From positions 1 through 60,052 of the forward strand of contig DASZMX010000144.1 of the NCBI GenBank assembly GCA_035551475.1: 60,052 nt of DNA, read 5' to 3'. Below, piece after piece: positions 1 to 8,593 of the stretch. Every line of letters starts with the position of its first letter. Position 1 is the stretch's first letter. The notes under the pieces were generated by a model. It searched no databases, had not been told where the DNA came from, and saw only the letters and a program-made list of their open reading frames with translations. Both the position numbers and the translations under genes were made by a program. This DNA is from Verrucomicrobiia bacterium (GTDB lineage: Bacteria; Verrucomicrobiota; Verrucomicrobiia; Limisphaerales; Palsa-1400).

Positions 1-684
1 CGGCATCAGCTCTATCGCCGTGATGCCGAGCTTTTGCAGGTGCTGCAACACCGGCTCCGAGGCCATTCCCGCGTATGTGCCGCGCAAATGCTCCGGTATT
101 TCCGGATGCAATTTCGTCATCCCCCGCACATGGGCCTCGTAAATCACCGTGTCATGCCACCGCACATTCGGCCGTTTTTCATCGCTCCAATCAAATGAGC
201 CATCCACCACCATTCCCAGGGGCGCGAACGCCGCGCTGTCCCGTTCGTCGAAGGACAAATCCCCTTCCGGATTTCCAATTTGGTAGCCGAACAATTCATC
301 CGCCCATTTCAATTCCCGTCCGATGCCCTTGGCATAGGGATCCAGCAAGAGCTTATTCCGATTAAACCGCAACCCCTGCCGAGGTTCATAAGGCCCGTTC
401 ACCCGGTACCCGTAACGCTGGCCCGGCTTGAGCCCTGGCACATAGATGTGCCAAACCCCCTTCGTCCGTTCCAGCATCCGAATCCGTTCATTCTCCTGCT
501 TTTGATCCGCGCTATCGAACAGGCATAACTCCACCGATTCGGACGCCTCCGAGAACAACGCAAAATTAACGCCTTTTCCATCCCACGTTGCCCCCTGCGG
601 GAACGGCGTCCCTGGTTGATAATCCTGCCCGTGAACCGCCTTCTCCAAATGTTTCGGATCAATGTCCGTCGTTACAGTGCTCAT
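1..684 (-). CDS. glgX: glycogen debranching enzyme GlgX, N-terminal part (gene runs off window start)
   Basis: Reverse complement of 1..684 reads from ATG (682-684) MSTVTTDIDPKHLEKAVHGQDYQPGTPFPQGATWDGKGVNFALFSEASESVELCLFD...RYGYRVNGPYEP..RFNRNKLLLDPYAKGI. This matches the conserved N-terminus of GlgX/isoamylase (GVNFTLFS, VELCVFD, RYGYRVHGP, RFNPAKLLIDP in E. coli GlgX). It is absent from the ORF track because it is truncated by the window edge. Confidence 0.8.
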   Translation of the reverse strand, partial: MSTVTTDIDPKHLEKAVHGQDYQPGTPFPQGATWDGKGVNFALFSEASESVELCLFDSADQKQENERIRMLERTKGVWHIYVPGLKPGQRYGYRVNGPYEPRQGLRFNRNKLLLDPYAKGIGRELKWADELFGYQIGNPEGDLSFDERDSAAFAPLGMVVDGSFDWSDEKRPNVRWHDTVIYEAHVRGMTKLHPEIPEHLRGTYAGMASEPVLQHLQKLGITAIELMP

Positions 685-878
685 GTTTTTATGACAGCTT
701 TTCGCTTGGAAGGAATTTTCGACACTGCCGCCTCTTGGTCAATCAGGCCTTAGCTTACCAAAGCCCGGCACAGAACCTGAGTGGAGACGAACGTTGGGAC
801 AAACCAGCGCAGCCGAAGTTGCCGCCAGCGATAGGAAGAATGACGACGATTCCTGAGTATCTACAACGGCGCTTTAAG

Positions 879-1499
879 TTATTGACTAGATGAACGATAC
901 TTGTCCATTAACCATCGAAGCACTGTTTTCTGGCTATCAATCGTGGCGCGGCGCACCTGCGCCAGCAGCCAAACGGTGTCGGGCTTCGGCAGCGCGGTGT
1001 TTTGCAGGCCCTCATTGCAATTTGTGCAAACTGCTCGAAGATTGCCTGGCAAATCATCGCCGCCTTTTGATTTATCCACTATATGCCCCATAGTAAGCCT
1101 AACTGTTCTCCCAGCACAATATGGGTCAAGATCACCTGCGGCTAACCCGCACATTTGGCAAGTATAACCATTTCGCTCCAAAACCACGGCGCGAGTCTCC
1201 TTTGATATTCCACGGGCAAAGGCCGGCCGGCGCTTGAGTGTCTCCATTAAATACTGCCCTGGCTTCAAATTAGCTCGGTCTTTATGCGAAAGTATCTGAT
1301 ATCCCTGTTCATCCCGCAGCTCGCGGACGCGACGCGCCCACTCAGCCGCCCAGCCCGAGGCCTCTTGGAGTTCGCGGCTTTCGATTATTCGCCCAATATT
1401 GGCAAGCAAAAATTCAAGGATTCTTGCCTTCGATCCTTTTGCCTTTCCGCCGCCGCTGTCTAACTTTTTTCCCGGTTTCGAATTTTGTTTCTTCGCCAT
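879..1499 (-). CDS. HNH-family endonuclease, putative Type II restriction endonuclease of the adjacent R-M cassette
   Basis: 206-aa ORF. The C-terminal half has the HNH signature (YTCQMCG...[15 protein letters not shown]...[12 protein letters not shown]: two Cys pairs and a His). The N-terminal ~30 aa form a Lys/Gly-rich tail. The gene lies directly downstream of a C5-MTase and overlaps it by 40 nt. ATG at 1497-1499. Confidence 0.7.
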   Translation of the reverse strand: MAKKQNSKPGKKLDSGGGKAKGSKARILEFLLANIGRIIESRELQEASGWAAEWARRVRELRDEQGYQILSHKDRANLKPGQYLMETLKRRPAFARGISKETRAVVLERNGYTCQMCGLAAGDLDPYCAGRTVRLTMGHIVDKSKGGDDLPGNLRAVCTNCNEGLQNTALPKPDTVWLLAQVRRATIDSQKTVLRWLMDKYRSSSQ

Positions 1500-2500
1500 G
1501 ATTTCGCGCCTTCGCCAGTTTCAAAGAGCCGAAGCTCACCAGATTTGGTTCGTAGTGGCGTGCGCTGTCGGCATAGCGCGCGCTTAATCGAAAGTCCGAC
1601 TGCCTTCGCCACGAGGGGCGGAAAGGCGTTGCCGACCTGCCGGTACGCGGTGGTTTTGCTTCCGGCGAAATCCCAATCATCGGGAAAGCTTTGAATCCGT
1701 GCCACCATGCGCAGGGTAAGTCTGGGCAATCCGTTTTCAGGAAATGTTTCATCGGGCGCTCGATTGCCGATTCCCATACCGTCAACCGCAAGCCGTCGCC
1801 ATTGCTCCTTGGCACGCGAGGGGCCGAGGTCCGGGCCGCCATGTTTTTTTGAACCTCCGACTATGGTTGGCGCAATGCCCATGGCGCGCCGCGCCCAAGC
1901 TTCTGCCCCGAGCCAGCCATTGCCTCCCATTAAGTCCACGAGCGTCTCTCCGACAAATCGAGAACAGGGCAAATGTTCCGGCCACTCGAAGAATTCAGCA
2001 TCGCGCGGACGCAATGCGATCAAAATGAATCGTGGACGTAGTTGCGGGACACCGTAGTCGGCAGCTTGAAGGATTTTCCACTCGGGTTGATACCCTAGCT
2101 TCATAAGATTCGCCATTAAGGCCCGCCGATATTGCTCAAATTTTGCCGAACCGAGACCGGGTACGTTCTCCAACATGACTGCGCGCGCCTTTATTCTCTC
2201 GATCACGGATAATGCAGCCGGAAACATATCGCGCTCATCGTTTGCTCCGAGTTGCTTGCCCGCAATGCTAAACGGCGGACATGGAACGCCGCCTGCGAGC
2301 AAGTCAATGTCGGTGAACTTCTCCGCAGCAAACGCCCGAATGTCTTCCTGGTAGGTGTTCCATTGAGGCCGATTCTGTCGAAGGGTGGTGCAGAAATGCG
2401 GCTCGTATTCAACCAGGGCTTCGTGGCGGAATCCCGCCATCTCCAACCCAAGGGCCTGCCCGCCGCCGCCTGCGCATAGTTCGACTGTTGAAAAACTCAT
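1460..2500 (-). CDS. dcm: DNA (cytosine-5)-methyltransferase
   Basis: Canonical C5-MTase motifs: motif I ELCAGGGG, motif IV catalytic [11 protein letters not shown] (PC), motif [10 protein letters not shown] (ENV), C-terminal QVGNAFPP. 346 aa. ATG at 2498-2500. Confidence 0.9.
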   Translation of the reverse strand: MSFSTVELCAGGGGQALGLEMAGFRHEALVEYEPHFCTTLRQNRPQWNTYQEDIRAFAAEKFTDIDLLAGGVPCPPFSIAGKQLGANDERDMFPAALSVIERIKARAVMLENVPGLGSAKFEQYRRALMANLMKLGYQPEWKILQAADYGVPQLRPRFILIALRPRDAEFFEWPEHLPCSRFVGETLVDLMGGNGWLGAEAWARRAMGIAPTIVGGSKKHGGPDLGPSRAKEQWRRLAVDGMGIGNRAPDETFPENGLPRLTLRMVARIQSFPDDWDFAGSKTTAYRQVGNAFPPLVAKAVGLSIKRALCRQRTPLRTKSGELRLFETGEGAKSWRRNKIRNREKS

Positions 2501-2958
2501 TCTCTTCTGGTGGCGTTCTTAGCAAGACCATTCGTTCTTGGCGAGAACCGATTTGCGCCTTCTGCCGCACGAATCCGGGAAACAACTCGTTCTGGCTTGG
2601 CCAGTTCATGTTCCCAGAAACGAATCACCCGCCATCCCTTTCGTTGCAGCATTCGCTTGGCAAGCCCATCTCTTGCTTTATTTCGCGCCAGTTTCGGAAT
2701 CCAATATTCCCGCCGGCTGCCCGGCAGCCGTCCATGTTTTGGACAGCCGTGCCAAAAACATCCATCCACAAAAATGGCAATCCGTAGCCTTCGCAAAATG
2801 AAGTCTGGCCGCCCCGGCAACCGCGCATGCCGCCGCCATCCCGTAATTTTGGCCTCATGCAAGATAGTGATCAATTTAAGCTCGGTGTCTCGATTTCCGC
2901 GCGATCGGATTTTGGCCATTACTGCCGACCGCTTTTGTGGGGTGAAAACGTCCGCCAT
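2497..2958 (-). CDS. vsr: very short patch repair endonuclease Vsr
   Basis: Vsr signature [17 protein letters not shown]...[12 protein letters not shown] aligns with E. coli Vsr (FIDGCFWHGHHC...GWRVLIVWECAL). 153 aa. Its stop overlaps the dcm start by 4 nt (2497-2500). Confidence 0.9.
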   Translation of the reverse strand: MADVFTPQKRSAVMAKIRSRGNRDTELKLITILHEAKITGWRRHARLPGRPDFILRRLRIAIFVDGCFWHGCPKHGRLPGSRREYWIPKLARNKARDGLAKRMLQRKGWRVIRFWEHELAKPERVVSRIRAAEGANRFSPRTNGLAKNATRRE

Positions 2959-3099
2959 TTAGTCCACAGAGTAAGAGATCGTCACCCATTGTCGAGTTTG
3001 AGGCGGGGGAGTTGTGATCCTGAACTTCGCGTGGGGAAAAGATTCTCGGCTTCCCAATGGATGGCCTTCCGGTAGGCTGGCGGGGATTCCTCAACAACT

Positions 3100-4449
3100 A
3101 TGAGACCAAGCAAGCTTCTTACGGCAACCGCGGCGTTGCTGCTATTCTTCTATGTGACAAGCCAGACACGTGGCGAGACCGGGCAGTTGCGGGCGGGGGC
3201 CGCGAAAATCACTCTCACGCCGGACACGGACGAACCGATTCATGATCCGATCTTCGCGCGCTGCCTGGTGTTGGAAGTCAATGATGAGCGAGTCGCCCTG
3301 GTGTCGGTGGATCTCGGGGTGTTCACGAGCGAAAATGTGGAAAAGGAATGTCGGGAAAAATTCGGATTGACCAACGTGTTCCTGTGCTCCTCGCACAACC
3401 ACACCCCGCCCTCCAAACCAGGCAAAGGCCCCGAGTATGCGAATTTGAAGGCGTTTTTTGAGCGGCAAATCGTGCAAGTGGTGGGCAAGGCGGTCTCGAA
3501 CACCTTTCCGGCACGCATTGCGGCGGGCCGCCACAGTTTCCCGCAGTTAGGGTTCAAGCGTTTGGTCGTGCGAGCCGATGGCCACGCCCGGGAATCGTGG
3601 ATGGGCGACGATCATTATCGCCCCATTAATCCTGACCGAATTCCCTTCGGGCCGGTGGACCAGGAGGTCGGAGTGTTGCGCATCGAGGACACCAATGGCC
3701 AACCGCGCGCAATCGTGATGAATTACGCCTGCCACGCGGATGTCGTTTGCCTCAGTTTCGCGATTTCCGCGGATTATCCGGGCGTGGCGACACAAAAGGT
3801 CGAAGAAGCGTTGGGCAACGATGTGATTTGTCTCTTCGTGAATGGCGCCGCCGGCAACGTGGCTCCGTTATTTACCGTCCCACGCCGCAACGGGCCGGAT
3901 GATCCATTCAAAACCGATTACACGCCGATGGAGCACATGGGAGAACTGCTGGCATACGAAACCCTCAAAGAGGCGCATTCCATCAGCGGCAAATCCGGCG
4001 ACACCACGCTCAAACATCAGGATGCAGCCATGACGTTCACAGGACGTTTCGATAAAACCAAACATTTTGACGTCCATTTGACAACCTTGCTTATCAACGA
4101 CGATATCGTCATCGCCGCCAATCCCGGAGAATTATTTGCCGAGCTGGGACTGGACTGGAAATCTAAAATGCAGGGCGAAGTCGCCCACCCGTTTTATTTT
4201 GGCTACACTTGGAGCGGCGGCCAATGGCCAGGCTACGTGCCGAGCATCAAAGGAGCGGCCCTCGGCGGATATGGTGCCGACCAGGATCGCGGCATGATAG
4301 AAGTAGGCTCCGGGGAGGCGATGTTCAACAAGCACCTGGAAAATTACTATGTATTGACCGGCCTGATGCGCGACACCCCCGGCCCGATCGGTTTCAAGCA
4401 AGGCCCCCGCTGGATCGTCACCCCAGTGCCGGAGGTCGAAGGAAAGTGA
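3100..4449 (+). CDS. secreted neutral/alkaline ceramidase-like hydrolase (family assignment tentative)
   Basis: 449 aa with an N-terminal signal peptide (MRPSKLLTATAALLLFFYVTSQTRG). An N-terminal block (AAKITLTPDTDEPIHDPIFARCLVLEVNDERVALVSVDLGVF) resembles the neutral non-lysosomal ceramidase N-domain. Clean ATG start. Confidence 0.5.
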   Translation: MRPSKLLTATAALLLFFYVTSQTRGETGQLRAGAAKITLTPDTDEPIHDPIFARCLVLEVNDERVALVSVDLGVFTSENVEKECREKFGLTNVFLCSSHNHTPPSKPGKGPEYANLKAFFERQIVQVVGKAVSNTFPARIAAGRHSFPQLGFKRLVVRADGHARESWMGDDHYRPINPDRIPFGPVDQEVGVLRIEDTNGQPRAIVMNYACHADVVCLSFAISADYPGVATQKVEEALGNDVICLFVNGAAGNVAPLFTVPRRNGPDDPFKTDYTPMEHMGELLAYETLKEAHSISGKSGDTTLKHQDAAMTFTGRFDKTKHFDVHLTTLLINDDIVIAANPGELFAELGLDWKSKMQGEVAHPFYFGYTWSGGQWPGYVPSIKGAALGGYGADQDRGMIEVGSGEAMFNKHLENYYVLTGLMRDTPGPIGFKQGPRWIVTPVPEVEGK

Positions 4450-4813
4450 CTGCTATGCTTGACACCCTCTCAAAACGCGCCCATGCCAAAGCTCTGACGG
4501 TATGGAATGGCCCAAGCGCAGAGGACCCGAAGCAAAGAGCCCTTCCAAAACCGTTCCTTCAAAACGATTATGATCCGAAGACATTTCATTTCCAAAACAC
4601 TCGCCTCCGTCGCAGTGGTTATCTCCGGAAACGGGAACTCCCGCGGTCAGATTAATTCATCGTATACGGCGGGCCATAACGCGCCGTCCGAAATCGTGGG
4701 ACGGCGCGAGCCGCTGGATCTAAAACTCGTCTCGGCTTTTGTCAGAGCTGGACGTAACAATCCCAGCCGCGTCAAGAGTTGATCGCGCAGGAGCGTAATA
4801 CGAAATTGTGAAG

Positions 4814-4890
4814 TGGTGCACCCAAATGGAGTTGAACCATTAACCTTCTGATCCGTAGTCAGATGCTCTATCCAATTGAGCTATGGGTGC
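4814..4890 (-). tRNA. tRNA-Arg (anticodon ACG)
   Basis: Reverse complement GCACCCATAGCTCAATTGGATAGAGCATCTGACTACGGATCAGAAGGTTAATGGTTCAACTCCATTTGGGTGCACCA. It has a 7-bp acceptor (GCACCCA/TGGGTGC), D arm GCTC..GAGC, anticodon stem TCTGA/TCAGA with loop CTACGGA (ACG), T arm AATGG/CCATT with TTCAACT, and an encoded CCA. 77 nt. Confidence 0.85.
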
Positions 4891-5043
4891 AGCCGGAGGC
4901 TGGCGCGATGTTAGGGCGGGGCTCGCCCTGACGCAAGACCGATGCGCGCTGTTATTTCGCACGGCAGGCGGGGGATGGCAAGAAATTTGCAGAGGTTTTT
5001 TTCTTTGCCTCGTGGGTCTGAGTTCGTAGCTTGCCTTGTTGTC

Positions 5044-5406
5044 ATGGATGATTCTTTGTCGGCGGTGGCCAATTCTCTGAGTTTGCACGGGTATGCGCGG
5101 CATATCTTTTTGTGCGCCGACCCGACGGAGCCTAAATGCTGCGACCGGGAGGCAGGATTGGAGGCGTGGGATTTTTTGAAGCGCCGGCTGAAGGAGCTGA
5201 ATGCCAATGGCCCCGCGATCTTGCGGACAAAAGCCAATTGCTTGCGGGTTTGTGTGCAAGGGCCCATTGCGGTCGTTTATCCTGAGGGCGTTTGGTATCA
5301 TTCGTGCCGTCCCGCCGTTTTGGAGCGCATTATCCAGGAGCATTTGCTGCAAGGACAAATCGTGCGCGAGTTCGTTTTCGCCGCCAACGCCGTGGCCGGT
5401 TCATGA
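5044..5406 (+). CDS. thioredoxin-like [2Fe-2S] ferredoxin
   Basis: In-frame ATG at 5044 inside track ORF 4942..5406. The protein [49 protein letters not shown]...[24 protein letters not shown] carries the four-Cys thioredoxin-like ferredoxin pattern (C...CC...CxxxC) and the VVYPEGVWY motif. Its stop overlaps the ATG of the next gene (ATGA at 5403-5406). Confidence 0.65.
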   Translation: MDDSLSAVANSLSLHGYARHIFLCADPTEPKCCDREAGLEAWDFLKRRLKELNANGPAILRTKANCLRVCVQGPIAVVYPEGVWYHSCRPAVLERIIQEHLLQGQIVREFVFAANAVAGS

Positions 5407-7457
5407 GCCGGATTTTGCTGATGGCGGCCTTTCTTTTTCTCGCCGGTGGCGTCGGCGCAGCCGGCGATGATGACCCCAACCTTTGGCTGGAAAATATCAC
5501 GGGCGAAAAGGCGCTGGATTGGGTGCGCGCCCATAACGCCGTCACGTTGCGGGAGTATGAAAATTCCGCGGATTTCAAGTCGCTGGACGAGCGATTCCTG
5601 AAGATTTTGGATTCGCGCGCCCGCATTCCGTACGTGGACAAGCGCGGGAAATATTTTTACAATTTCTGGCGGGATGACCATAACCCGCGCGGCCTGTGGC
5701 GTCGCACGACACTCGCGGAATATAAAAAGGCGGAGCCCAAATGGGAGACTGTCCTCGATATTGACCAACTGGCTCGCGACGAAAATGAAAATTGGGTCTG
5801 GCACGGCGGCCAAATTCTTGAGCCGGATTATGATCGCTGCCTGATCGAACTTTCGCGCGGCGGCGCCGATGCGGTGGACATCCGGGAGTTCGACTTGACG
5901 GAGAAACGGTTCGTGCGCGATGGCTTCCACCTGCCGGAGGCCAAGAGCGATGTGGCGTGGAGGAATCGCGATGCTTTATATGTGGGCACGGATTTTGGCC
6001 CCGGCTCGCTCACGAGTTCGGGCTATCCGCGCCGGGTCAAGGAGTGGAAGCGGGGCACGTCTTTGCGCGACGCGGCTTTAATGTTTGCCGGCTCCACGAA
6101 CGACGTGGCGGTTTCCGCCCATGTGGAGCACGATCACGGCCGCATTTATGAATTGGTCCATCGCGGCAAAACATTTTTCACCGACGAATCCTACCTCAGG
6201 CGCGGCGACAAATGGGTTCGCGTGGAAAAGCCCGATGACGTGCAATTGAGCACATTCGCCGATTATTTTCTTTTTCGCCCTCGCTCGGATTGGACACTCC
6301 AGGGCAAAACCTATCCAGCGGGCGCGTTGCTGGCGGCGCGAGTGGAGGACTGGCTGAAAGGCGGCGCGGCAGCGCAAACGATTTTTACTCCCACGGCGCG
6401 GACGTCACTGGAATCGATTGGCGCCACAAAAAGCCGTCTGCTCTTGACGGTTTTGGATAATGTTCGGAGCCGCGTTTATGCGGTCGCCCCGGAGGGCGCG
6501 AACTGGATCGAAACCACCATCCCCACCCCGCCGTTAGGCGCGGTTTCCGTGGAGGGAATTGATCCAGAGAAATCCGACGATTATTTCATGACCGTCCGTG
6601 ATTTTCTCACGCCCACGACGCTTTTTCTAAATCAGGAACCCCTCAAGAGCCTCCCTGCCCTTTTCGCGACGAATAATTTGGCCGCGCAGCAGTTCGAGGC
6701 TGCTTCCAAAGATGGCACGCGCGTGCCCTATTTCGTCGTGGGGCCGAAAGAGCTGGAGCCGACGGGCGATCATCGCACCTTGCTGACGGCGTATGGCGGT
6801 TTTGAAATCTCCCTCGTTCCCAATTACAACCCGCTCATTGGCGCCGGCTGGCTGGAGCGAGGCGGCATCTACGTGGTCGCCAACATTCGGGGCGGCGGGG
6901 AATTCGGGCCCGCCTGGCACAACGCGGCCCGCAAAGAAAATCGCCAGCGCGCCTACGATGATTTTATCGCGGTGGCAAAAGATTTAATCGCGCGGAAAAT
7001 CACCTCTCCGGCGCACTTGGGAATCGAGGGCCGTTCCAACGGCGGTTTGCTGATGGGTGTGATGTTGACGGAGCGGCCGGATCTTTTCGGCGCGGTGCAT
7101 TGCGGGTCACCGTTGCTGGACATGCGCCGCTACAATAAACTTCTGGCGGGAGCGAGTTGGATCGACGAATATGGCGATCCGGATCGGCCGGAGGATTGGG
7201 CTTATATGCAGAAATATTCGCCCTATCAAAATGTGCGGTCCGGGCATTATCCGCCGATTTTAATCACGACCTCGACGCGCGACGATCGCGTGCATCCGGG
7301 TCACGCGCGCAAAATGGCCCAGCGCCTGGCGGACGCGGGGCACGAAGTGGCGTATTACGAGAACATCGAAGGCGGACACGGAGCCGCCGCGGACAACAAG
7401 CAGTCTGCGCAGATGAACGCGCTGGCTTATTCATTTCTATGGAACAAGTTGAAGTAA
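5403..7457 (+). CDS. prolyl oligopeptidase family (S9A) serine peptidase with signal peptide
   Basis: In-frame ATG at 5403 ([23 protein letters not shown]; signal-peptide-like), 684 aa. Catalytic triad context: nucleophile GRSNGG ([13 protein letters not shown]), acid [13 protein letters not shown], and a [10 protein letters not shown] block typical of POP/oligopeptidase B. The track ORF begins 37 codons earlier on an alternative start. Confidence 0.8.
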   Translation: MSRILLMAAFLFLAGGVGAAGDDDPNLWLENITGEKALDWVRAHNAVTLREYENSADFKSLDERFLKILDSRARIPYVDKRGKYFYNFWRDDHNPRGLWRRTTLAEYKKAEPKWETVLDIDQLARDENENWVWHGGQILEPDYDRCLIELSRGGADAVDIREFDLTEKRFVRDGFHLPEAKSDVAWRNRDALYVGTDFGPGSLTSSGYPRRVKEWKRGTSLRDAALMFAGSTNDVAVSAHVEHDHGRIYELVHRGKTFFTDESYLRRGDKWVRVEKPDDVQLSTFADYFLFRPRSDWTLQGKTYPAGALLAARVEDWLKGGAAAQTIFTPTARTSLESIGATKSRLLLTVLDNVRSRVYAVAPEGANWIETTIPTPPLGAVSVEGIDPEKSDDYFMTVRDFLTPTTLFLNQEPLKSLPALFATNNLAAQQFEAASKDGTRVPYFVVGPKELEPTGDHRTLLTAYGGFEISLVPNYNPLIGAGWLERGGIYVVANIRGGGEFGPAWHNAARKENRQRAYDDFIAVAKDLIARKITSPAHLGIEGRSNGGLLMGVMLTERPDLFGAVHCGSPLLDMRRYNKLLAGASWIDEYGDPDRPEDWAYMQKYSPYQNVRSGHYPPILITTSTRDDRVHPGHARKMAQRLADAGHEVAYYENIEGGHGAAADNKQSAQMNALAYSFLWNKLK

Positions 7458-8593
7458 TGGAAAAGGCGGCGGCCAGTCCGCTCGACACCCCGGTGGTCAA
7501 GCCGCAGAAATCCGGGTGGAAACTGATGCGCGAAGTTCTCTCGCACGGCGGCCCGGGCTACCTGCAATTCGCCATCACCAATATCTGCAATGCCAAATGC
7601 GATTTTTGCGGTTTTGCCGTGGACCGTTTCGATCCGAAAGCGCGCCGCAGCGTGACGCTCCAGGAGGCGCGCGACGTCATCGACATCTGCGTCAAAAATC
7701 ATATCGGCTATCTGCTGTTCGTCGGCGGCGAGCCGCTCGTGCACAAAGATCTTCGCGCCATGACCCGCTACGCGGCGGAACGCGGCATTCATCCGATGAT
7801 CTGCACCAACGGCTCGCTTTGGAACGAGCAAAACATGCGCGCGCTCGCCTCGGACGGCCTGAGCAGCGTCATCATGTCGATCGATGCGCATGACATCGCC
7901 AAGCACGAAAAGAATCGCGGCCTGCCGGAAGTTTGCCGGAAAATAAAACGGGCCAATGAAGTCTTCGCGGAACTGGGCATCCAAACCACCGCCAGCGTGA
8001 CGGCCAGCCGGCTGATCGATGATTACGACAAACTGCCGGATTTCCTGCGGGAACTTGGCTTTGCCAGCTGCACGTTTAGTTATCCGTTGACGAACCTGGC
8101 TTCGAGCTACCTGAGCTTCAGCGATTCCTCGTTGGTGAATTATAAAACCGATGAGCTGATCGCCGTCTTCGAGAAGATCAAGCAGATGAAGGCGCGCAGC
8201 GCTTTTCCGGTCGTGAACCCCGCCGAATCCCTCTCGGAAATGCAGCGGCATCTGCGCAAGGAAAAGGAGCATTTCGGCTGCCTGGGCGGCCATAAATATT
8301 TTTACCTGGATTGGAACCTCAATCTTTATCGCTGTCACGCCTGGGACAAGCCGATGTGCAGCATCTACGATTTTGACGATTCCAAATTGATCCGCGACGG
8401 CTGCACCAAGTGTATGATTGACTGCTACCGCGACCCGAGCGTGCTGCAATTGGTGGCGATCAATGCCAGCGATGCGTGGCATAATTTGCGGAAAGGCCGC
8501 CTCGGCGCGGCGGCGGGAAATGTCTTCGACAAGCGCAACCTCACTTCGCTGAAAGCGGTCTGGGACGACCGCAAATGGATCGGCAAGGTCTAA
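7457..8593 (+). CDS. radical SAM enzyme with C-terminal SPASM/twitch Cys-rich domain
   Basis: ATG at 7457 overlaps the TAA of the peptidase gene by 1 nt; an alternative in-frame ATG lies at 7439. CxxxCxxC cluster FAITNICNAKCDFCGF, GGEP motif (LLFVGGEPLV), and a C-terminal GCLGGHKYFYLDWNLNLYRCH...CSIYD...GCTKCMIDCY matching the SPASM pattern (C..G....pdG.vypC ... CxxCxxxC). 378 aa. Confidence 0.75.
   Translation: MEKAAASPLDTPVVKPQKSGWKLMREVLSHGGPGYLQFAITNICNAKCDFCGFAVDRFDPKARRSVTLQEARDVIDICVKNHIGYLLFVGGEPLVHKDLRAMTRYAAERGIHPMICTNGSLWNEQNMRALASDGLSSVIMSIDAHDIAKHEKNRGLPEVCRKIKRANEVFAELGIQTTASVTASRLIDDYDKLPDFLRELGFASCTFSYPLTNLASSYLSFSDSSLVNYKTDELIAVFEKIKQMKARSAFPVVNPAESLSEMQRHLRKEKEHFGCLGGHKYFYLDWNLNLYRCHAWDKPMCSIYDFDDSKLIRDGCTKCMIDCYRDPSVLQLVAINASDAWHNLRKGRLGAAAGNVFDKRNLTSLKAVWDDRKWIGKV

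Noticed and set aside
399-662. 87-aa minus-strand ORF in the first 700 nt
   Set aside because: It is in a different frame from the clearly recognisable glgX N-terminus, which occupies the same strand and region.
686-878. 190-nt gap between glgX start and the HNH gene end searched for integrase remnants, att repeats or sRNA
   Set aside because: No ORF, no convincing inverted or direct repeat, and no recognisable RNA motif could be identified by eye. It is probably just promoter and terminator space.
7427-8482. 351-aa ORF antisense to the radical SAM/SPASM gene
   Set aside because: Arg/Ala/Gly-rich composition, no motifs, and it fully overlaps a gene with strong motif support on the other strand. 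This is the typical GC-rich antisense artefact.
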